A DNA stretch of 61,310 nucleotides, counting the filler, from Sluysia triapertura (lineage: Eukaryota), in NCBI GenBank assembly GCA_046118255.1. It is 4 parts of 4 records of this genome, joined end to end, with 100 filler letters (N's around TTAATTAATTAA, not from the genome) between each part and the next. Parts side by side here need not be neighbours in the genome. Positions count along the whole stretch, not along the records: positions 47,629 to 61,310 come from JBJNIA010025729.1; 3 more parts are not named here. One strand, 5' to 3'. Numbering within the stretch: the first letter of the stretch is position 1; the number at the start of each line of letters is the position of its first letter. The notes under the pieces were generated by a model. It made no database searches and was not told the DNA's origin. It saw only the letters and a program-made list of their open reading frames with translations. Shown piece after piece: positions 51,787-61,310 of this stretch. Made by a program: the position numbers and the translations under genes.

Positions 51787-53919
51787 TTAATAGGGTTCAA
51801 ATCGGTATATTATAATTGTAATAATGAGTTATCGTCAATTCTTTTGAATCATTTTTCATTTGGTTATAGATGTTTATAGTTTATCATTTTCCCACAAATA
51901 TATTAAAGGGCGGACACTATTACTAATTATAAAACCTAGAAAATCTTTTGGTATTTTATTTTTTATTTTAATATAATATAATAGCAAGAGAATCCCGAAA
52001 ATCAATGTATTATCCAAGAATGAAAATAATTCTAATAATTCTGATGTTTATATACTTTTTTATTTTCACGAATCATTAACTACAATCAGTTTTAACTTTA
52101 TGATCAATTCACTTCCACAATAACTTATATGTATTGAGTATTGTGTTATGGCTGAACAGCCAGTTTTCTTTTTATACGATTTAATTACTGTTTTGGTAAT
52201 ATATTTTCACTGCGTATTTTATTCATTTGTCATCATTTTTAGTTAGTATTGGTTTGTATTTATCACTTTTTAGTGAATTTTACATGTTAATTTGGCATCT
52301 GCATTTTATCCGTGATTTTTTTCTGCAAGACAGTTAAGTGTGAAAGGTTCTTGTCTTTCTTTGTGTTTATTTGCTAATTTCTCATGTTTAAATGTACTTC
52401 TAATTTTTATGAATTAACTTATTGAATTTTTTCGCATTTTTTGAAGTTCGTGGATATTTAGATATTTTTTTGATTTTGTAAAGTAAATGCAATATAATCT
52501 TAGTAAAATGTTTTTATTTCTCAACAATATTTATGGGATTTCTCACTGTTATATTGTACGAATATTATATATAATTTTACTCGTTTGTCATTAATTTATG
52601 TCAGAAATAATTAATAGGTCAAGTTTTGCGTAAAAATAAATAATACTCAAATGTGCTTAATGTTATTTCACTTTAGTGTGTATTAATTTCATCTTTAACT
52701 TTTACAATTAAATTTGAAAATTATTATTGTGGATTAAATACATTAAATCATTTAAAAATTTATTTAACTGAATTTTTTGGCACACTTATTTGTTTCGATT
52801 TTATTTTTTTTCAGTATATGTTATTTTTATAACGCTGAGTCATTGATTTATAATAATAAACAAAGGATAATTATTACACTTTGCATGTGTGTGTGTGTTT
52901 CATTTATTGATTCAAGTGCATTTAATATGAAATATTTCTTAATTTTAAATAAAAGTAATATGACAGTTACTTTTTGATAACTCATCATTTTTGATATTTC
53001 TTTTTTTAGCAGTTCACATTGAAAACACAATATAGCTTGTTCTGATGTGATGCATTTGAATTACTAATCATTAATAAAACTAAATATTATTGGTTAATTT
53101 AGTCTATTTATGTCTAACTTTCTGAACTTGCAATGAAATTATTGACCTTAAGTTTATATTAGCATTATTTGTAAATGAGTTATTGTGGAATGTTTTGTGT
53201 TAAAGTGTGATAATTGAATTTAACTGTTTTGAAGATATTTCGCGAATTAATATATAGAATAATCAATAGTAATAATAATAATAATTATTATTATAGTATT
53301 TTGACATTTAAAAGTATTATTTTTTTGCTACAATTTCGATTTAGAAATGCTGATAATTTATTTTAATTATTTTATTTAAAATGAAAGCAAGTTTTTTTCA
53401 TTAATAATATTAATAATTATATATTACTTTATATTGCACTCATATCTACTGCAAAATAAGTACTCAAAAGCGCTTAAAATAAATCATTCACTAGATTATT
53501 TCTGAAATATAAAGAATTATGTATTTTTCTTAAATATTTCATAATCTTACAGTAATTTGACATTCTCTGGTTGGTGGTTGTATGTTTTTGAACGGTATAT
53601 AACCTATCACCCAGCTTAATATCACTGTGGATTCTCTATAGATTATTATGACTCAAAGAGTTATTCTAAAATTTTTATTATTTAGAAATATTCAGGACTT
53701 CTGCAATGTAAGTATTTGTAAATTATCATGATTTTGAATTCGACTCTTGCTTTTATAGGCATCCAATGTAATTTCTTAAGATAAAGTGTTACGTCTTGCT
53801 TATCTATATGAAATTTTTTCACATTTCTATATGAAGTTGAGTACGACATATCATTGTTATAATATGTTATTAGTTATCTACAAATGAACAGTTTCGAAAA
53901 TTTCATTTTCTTTAATTGA

Positions 53920-54290
53920 TATTTACACCTTTAACAATACACTTTTTGAATCCATATAATAGCCTATATTTCGTACTTTTAGTTTCGCATTTACTGTCTT
54001 GACACCAACAATTAACTTTGTTTCGTTTATTTATTATAAATTATGTCTTGTCTTCATTGATTTTCAAGTATTTATTTCGAATACATTTTATCAATTCATA
54101 TACTAGTTCTTCTGTTCTTTGTATAGTATTTTCTATGTTATTTCAGATATAGTATATATTTGCAAACAATCAGCATATATATGGTAATTAAAAGTCATAT
54201 GATTCGATTGCACTTGAAACATCATTGACATTATAAACTGTAATGGCCCAAGAATTGATCCCTAAAGAACTCCATACTTTACGATTAGTC
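53920..54290 (-). mobile_element. LINE reverse transcriptase fragment
   Basis: KYGVL*GSILGP (GVPQGSILGP motif), YHIYAD (YADD region), LKINEDKT; homologous to 13252-13430. Confidence 0.8.
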
Positions 54291-55599
54291 TTCACGCTTA
54301 ATGTAGCAATTTTTCCCCTTTAAAAATATTTTATTTTATTTTATAAAATATTGCATTTTTACTTTTCACGAATAATGTCCACCGAATTTGTGATTATAAA
54401 TTATTTTTTTCTTCTCACACCTATTTAAAAACTATTTAATTTTCATCATATAAAATCTTTTCTATGGACAACTTCCCTCTAATCAATTTAACATCTAATT
54501 TAACACCATAATTGTTTATATGCAACAGATCTTATACTATGGTTATGTAACAAATTTTCTCTATGCACTATTTAATTACAATGTATATTACAATATGTTA
54601 TCGCTTTGGTGGTTTAGTTTTATACTTTAGTTTTCATTTATTTATTTAGATCCGCATGTTAGTTGGTATTAGTTTGTACCTGTTAGTATTCATTTTTAGT
54701 ATTCACTTTTTCTTGTTTATTGACATTTACGTTTCATCCATAATATCTTCTGGATGCTAATAGATTCTTGCCTTCTCTCATATTTGTCTATTAGTTTCTG
54801 GCTTGTGCTTTGCTATTTAGAGTTGTTCGACTCCTTTTTGATGTATATTTTTTGAATTAACCTTTTTAAGTTGTAACATGAATATGTCTACATCATCATA
54901 TATTTTCAAATTGTGTTCTACAATTGATACAATGCTTATTGAGGACTTTCATTATGTGAAATTAGATTCAAACTTAGTGTGTCTCTTTATTATATTAATT
55001 CATCTGGACCTTTGTTTGTTCACTTTATTGCTTGGTAAACGTACTTAAAGTAGCAGGAATAATAGTATTTTAATAAATTAATTAATTAAATAAATTTCTA
55101 ATGATGAATTTTTTGAAAATGTGAAATTCTTATTCACAATTTTTGGTTATTTTCGTTCATTTACAGCCATTAAATTATAAAATTGGCAGTAGTTTCAACT
55201 GAATTATTAATTTAATGCTAACTATTTTATTTAGCTAATAGAAATAGTCTAATTAGTATGTTTACGTGACCTAATTGCTAGATATTTGACTTCATTTACT
55301 ACTTTATGATTTTATTAGTTTTTGTAATGTGTTGACTACATACAATCAATGAATATAATTGCTATTGAATTTGTAGAAGTTATAAATGAACTTTAATATT
55401 ATAATTATCTACAATGAATACAAATTATTAAAGAATTAAAATATTTTTTGAATACTTTATTGATTCTATGCTTTATAAACCCTTTCGTTATGGGCATATA
55501 CTTAAATTACGCTGCTTATACGTGAAAAAATCAAAAAATGAAATTAAAGATTAAAATTTGAAAAATTTTCGTTATTCTTACAATGTGCGAAGTGTGCAC

Positions 55600-56150
55600 T
55601 TTAAATGGTAAGCTGTTAACGAAAGAAGTTCTTCGCATTGTGAATCATATCTAGGTTAACAAACGATATGTTCCGTTTTAATGCATTATAGTTAGAAAAA
55701 TTCTCAGTACATATTTTATAAAGAATAAGAAATAAAGAATAAGAATAAGCAATATGCATAAAAATAAAGGCCTACTTTTATGAGATGCATGAAGGAATTT
55801 AAAAATGGAAAAATTTAATGCAAACCGAATGAAATTAGAAATCAATGTGGAGAAAATTTATCGTAGAGAATCATTTAAGATATATACGAGATTTCTCGAC
55901 AATGTTGGATATTGCGATCAAATTTGTCATGATAGTGTCAATGCGCACTGCAATAAGTTCGAAAAATGATCGAAGAATTAGAACTAACTGTGTTAAATCA
56001 TCTACCATATCGTTCTGACTTACATAAGTTTTCGATATGGCAAAAATTTAAAATGAATGCTTATTATCGAGAAAGAGGTACAGAAAATCTCGAAATACTG
56101 TTGCAGAAGTGTGGAGCAAAATGGCATTTTTTCTTGAAAATTTTTTGAAA
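55600..56150 (+). mobile_element. Decayed mariner transposase fragment
   Basis: ELTVLNHLPYRSDL (HPPYSPDL motif); YYRERGTENLEILLQKC. Confidence 0.7.
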
Positions 56151-57338
56151 ATTTACTCTTAACGAACATATCACACATTTTTGCATTCGTATTGCGAATT
56201 AAGAGGGTGTGCTGTATTATCCATATGATTGATAATACCACGATCAAAACTATGAGGAGAAACTATCGAAACATGAAATTTGGAAAAATATTGGCCATGA
56301 AAATAGTACGTTGTGATTTTCTTAACACTTAACCTACAGCAAAATAAAATATGACGTAGAGTGGGTGTTCCTGTAACTAAGATTAACATGAAACTTAATG
56401 TAAAAACTTTGAATCAATAAATCTCTAAAGTGAACAAAAATCATATCATGTAAAATAGTTTTTCTTAGCCCATTTCAAATAAAGTACTAATTGTTTTACT
56501 AAAAATAGAATATATTTTAGATATATAATCGTTATTAACTGAATTTATCTTTAGCACGTTCGCTTTCAAGAGTTTTGTGTTTGTGTCGATTGGAAGTGAA
56601 CCTATTAAATTGAATTAAGATTAAAATAGTGAAAAAGGATCATAAATTAACAATTGTGAGACGATTTTAGTCTACATTTTTTAAAGTACATATACTCTTT
56701 AATTAAGGGGTTATTTAGTAATTCAGTGAAATATTCATCGAAACCTTATATTCGAATTTTAATTTTTTACGAGATTCTATTCAGTAATAAATATATTTCG
56801 GAAAATCTTTAGTAAATTATGAATATAATAATTAATAATATTGGCTTTTGTGTATCGAATTTATATTATTGTCAATATTTCGGACGATTGAGAATATGTA
56901 TTAAAAATAATAAATTTTGATCAATAATTCAAATGCCAAATAATAAGATTATTGCAGCAATATGGCAACAATAAATTTGCATATCAAAATATTATATCTA
57001 AAACTAAATTATATCAATAATCAAAAATTGTTTTATAAAAGGCGGTTGGTTATGACTGTAATATGTCAAATAATCTTTAACCACCTTTAATAAAGATATC
57101 TTACGTGTAAATTATATCTTAAAGAAATTACATTATTAAAATTAAAATATGATGGAAATATAGTTTCATTTACATTTACGCTAAATCGTTTAAATCATTG
57201 CTAAATCATTTATGCTTATTAAATTATAGAATGAGTTCATAAAGCAATTCAAACTAAATTACATATGGTATTGAAGTTTAACTTTGTAATTATTTATATA
57301 TAGATTATAATAATAATAATTATTATTATTATTTGTAG

Positions 57339-57601
57339 GAGTGAATCCAGAGAGTTCTCCTGCTCGTCCTGTGGCTCCAAATAGCCAGACAACCCCTTTT
57401 CCTGTCGGACAAGATAAAAACACAATAATTACATCACATGATTCTACACAAACTTACAATCACACTGTATCAGCCAGTGTTGGACCCAGGCCACAATTGC
57501 CACCACTTTATTGGCGCATGAATCCTGCTGATTGTACTTATAGTATGGGAATTGATGAAAAAGGATATGATATTGCATCTCAACATGGTGCCGACTGGCA
57601 G
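57339..57601 (+). CDS. Internal exon B of an unidentified gene
   Basis: tttgtag acceptor, CAG|gttcgt donor, raised GC, phase-1 start compatible with exon A; LPPLYWRMNPADCTYSMGIDEKGYDIASQHGADWQ. Confidence 0.7.
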
Positions 57602-58314
57602 GTTCGTTTAGTTTATTAAGAAATTAAAGTTTCCAGTTTATGTGTTTTAGTTTCAGTGTCCTATAAATTGCAAGAATATTTAGTGAACGAATATATAATG
57701 TAAAATTTATTAAATACAATTTTAATATTTTATTCTTCAGTTAAATTTAAAATGGTTTATGTTTCATTTTGTGGTATCTTTCTCTGTAAAGTTGATAATT
57801 GGATACATTATAAAGTGATGTATCTCTTATATTTATTCTCATCGCTTACATAATTAAAATTATCTTTATCGTAAATATAAGATCGTTTTTAATTACTTTA
57901 AAAGGTTTACTTTCTATTAGTGTAACATAGGTCATTAATTATGAACGAAGCCAATTTTTAGTTTATTAATACTGATTCTTTTTTATCTTCAGGGACTTTT
58001 TCCCTGGCAACAAGACTTTTGTTTTCTTACATTTAGCATTTTAGAATAATATTTTCCTATGTCATCAAGCTATTTCCTCGGTAAAAGCGTTATGAATGTA
58101 TTCCAAGATTGTTTATCATTATTACTATTTCCTTTTATTTCTGGATCGGCACTCCAGTTAAATAATTTTGAATTCTTTTAATTTTTGCGGCTTCATTCCA
58201 GCTATTAGCTTCGGCGATGCTATCATATTCAAATAGAAAATCGCAGAGATTCTCCAGTAAATTTTCTCATTTCAAGTAAAGCCATCTTTTGGCTAATGAG
58301 CAATGTTTCTTTAA

Positions 58315-59229
58315 CACTAAACACACCGTGCCGGGTCAATTGACCCATTTAAGTGTTATTATATGATTTTTTACTTAACCACCAGTTATATTAATTTTTT
58401 TAATGACATTTCTTAAAACATTAATTCCTTATTTTTCATATAACATTTTTGTACTTTTGCTTCTTTAAAAAATGCAACCTTGGGGTTTTCATTATGTTTT
58501 TATGTAACATAATGTTTATAAATATGTATTTATAATGTTTAAAAAATGTTAATAAAACAATGTATTTACACATACATGTAGAGGTGTAACACTAATTCAT
58601 GTACCTACGCAATAACAAAGTCTATGACGTCATGTTTTTTACGACGTTTTTAATACTTCATTACTACTGAATATTACATTTTCAATTGCTTCTTTTTCGT
58701 TTTATTACCTCATTTCTATTATATTCCCAGATAAGTTTGGCATAAAATTCTCGTTGGCATCTGATATAAAGACCCAATACATTGTAAATGGTTTTCCATA
58801 TCTGGGGAAGGATGAAAATGGAATGTCTTTATTTCCATTATCAGAATTTGTTGTTCTGAAACTATTTGAACCATATACAGGATAACTTTTTACAAGTCTA
58901 TCTCTGGCTGCAAAGCTGTTGCAGAAAAGAACTAGTCTTGTAAGGACTATCCGGGACTATTCGCCTAAGTTTGCCAAGAAGGCGAAGGATAACATTCCCC
59001 TTTATTCAAGTAAACTAATGAAATCATAATATTGTACATAACAGTTTACAAAAGTAAAGCAAATAAAAAAGTTTTGCTACTTAGTTCAAAAGATAAAACT
59101 ATCAAAATTGAAGACACAATCAGGTTCTACAACAGTACTAAATTTGGTGTTGATGTGTCAAATCAAATGGCAAGAAAATACACCGTGCTGGTAAGAATAG
59201 GTATAGATAGACCGACGGTATGTTTAGTG
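58315..59229 (+). mobile_element. Internally deleted piggyBac transposon
   Basis: TTAA on both sides; TIRs cactaaacacaccgt / acggtatgtttagtg; transposase relics KFGIKF, NGFPYLGK, DNFFTS, FYNSTKFGVDVSNQMARKYT. Confidence 0.92.
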
Positions 59230-61310
59230 TTAAAGTCATTAGGTAATGCCATTGCTTCAATTTGATTTCTACGTTTAGATTTATAATCTTCGTATAATAA
59301 AATTTGAGTATCTATTCTTACTTAACTTATGTGACTTAATAAAACTTATAATTTTATCCTTAAAACTTACTTAAGGTGTAATATAGTTTTGGGTAAGTAA
59401 AATTTATAATAAACTTCACAAAATTACTAATAAACAGCTTACTCAAATATAATTTGGGTTAATAACAACTTATAATTTATACTTATAAAAACTTATGATT
59501 ATCTCTAAGGTAACACTTTCTTTTAAAACTGCTTTGTGTTCACGACTTTTATGTAAATGTATGATAATGTGATCATTCTGATAATTATGCATAACTTCAA
59601 ATACTTGACGCAATTGTATAGCCAAATTCCGTGAAAATCAAACGGATATAACTCGTTACAATTGTGATAAACAGGATCAGAACCCCCTTCTGACACCAAT
59701 TTCTATGATTCTAAGATTTCATTCGTTTAAGGGTTAGTGTTTGATAGTAAGAATATGAAAATTAATGAATTATTTTATGGGTTCAAAATAAGATTTTATG
59801 TGTTTATGTAGAATTTGTCACATAATATAATCGTGATAGATGGCTGAACCACCACAGATAATGTCTCTATTTTATTCTTATTTTTTGGTTTCTTCGTAAA
59901 TATTTATACGAATCGTTAATTCCAGAAATAATTCCAGAAATATTTTAATCAATTAATAATTTGTAAATGTAATTTACAATTTTTTGAACAACTACGTACT
60001 AAATGTTAAATAAAAATAGCTATTTAAATTCGGCTTAGGATCGTTTAGAATTTTTTACATTACTTGTTATTATTAAATAACAAAACTTACGTAATAATAA
60101 ATTGTTAATATAATTTACAATTTGCTGAACAACTACTATAAAATTAAATAACCACATATAAAATAAAAATTATTATCTAATTTCGGCTTAAAATTATTAT
60201 TATTAAATAATAGAATAATTTGTCAATGTAATTTACAATTCATTAATTACTTACATAACAAAAGTTACATATACATTTGCATAGAGTACTACTTTTACGT
60301 TATTCTAATATGGTGAACCATGTAGGAAGATCAATAAAATAATAAAGTTTAAATACGCTTTTTCAACTTACACAACGATACTTTCCAGGTGATATCAGAT
60401 CTCTTAACTCCGAAATAATTACACAATCCGGTGATGTAATATCGGTAAAAATAAATTAATTTATTTCAACATTAAATTATACTAAAAATAAGTATAAAAC
60501 CTTAAAAATTGAAATATAATATAAAACTTCTTATTTCAAACTTAGCACTTGGATAATAAATTTAGAAGTACGAATTTCCTTAAAGAGAAAGTTTAATACC
60601 TACATCGGAGACGCTCAATATAGGAGGATTTGTATGAGAAAATAGACATAAATTTATTTATGAAATTTCTCCTTAATAAGCACTTGTTTTATTTTGAGGA
60701 TCTGTCCCTAATCTGAATTCATCAGCGGGTTTTTGTCACTTTTGTCTGATTTTCTTTCTTAAAACTTTATCGGAAAGTGCTGTTCAATTATGCGTTTCTA
60801 TTTAACTATTATTTCACAATGTATCTATTAAACAATATAGTAATGACAATTTTATAAGATCAAATTATATTAAAAGACATCGGTTAACATGAAAATTTAC
60901 AAATGTTCAAATAAAATCTCACGGATAAAAATAATTAAACTTTACAAATGATAAGGTAGAATTAAGTAACAATAATTCACTGGATTTTGCATTGTTTACT
61001 CACGAGGTTTTTTTGTAATAATAATACTAATTATAAGAAAAAGATTTCTTAATAAAGATAAAATTTTAATGCTGATTTTAACACTAGACTTATTCTAATG
61101 GAAGAGGTTGATTAATTTAAGTAGGATTTTACGAAAGGATTTTAAGGAAACAAAATTTACTATGTTAAAAAAATCTCTGAATAATATTCCAGATCTAAAA
61201 CCACGGTTGATATTTTATGTTTAATCGAATTCGTTACATTGTAACTATTCAGTGCTTTTATCGGAAAAGTTTACTTAATATTTCGCGTTTATTATACAGC
61301 TGTTCTTGAA

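Noticed and set aside
53686-53713. Candidate micro-exon (ag|...|gtaagt) between exons A and B
   Set aside because: The 12-nt form creates an in-frame TGA with exon B and the 22-nt form shifts the frame

Overview
AT-rich eukaryotic (metazoan-type) draft scaffold with three fixed 100-bp gaps (N44-TTAATTAATTAA-N44 linkers). 1-7071 is the decayed 3' part of a Ty3/Gypsy LTR retrotransposon with an unusual layout. After RNase H and integrase come a retropepsin in the frame of the integrase C-terminus, a multi-pass membrane (env-position) polyprotein with a PPxY motif, a RING-H2 gene, an unknown ORF, the polypurine tract and the 3' LTR. 8-18 kb holds disabled host-gene fragments (SIN1/MAPKAP1, TIR-SAM, ST7, talin). 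Further on are the 5' part of THADA/Trm732 (- strand, 3 in-frame exons), the 5' part of SZT2 (-), a complete 4-exon FTSJ1/TRM7 gene (+) and two phase-compatible exons of an unidentified gene. The rest is Tc1/mariner, piggyBac, LINE and SINE remnants, MITEs and (AAT)n microsatellites. All protein identities come from motif recognition by eye; no database search was run.
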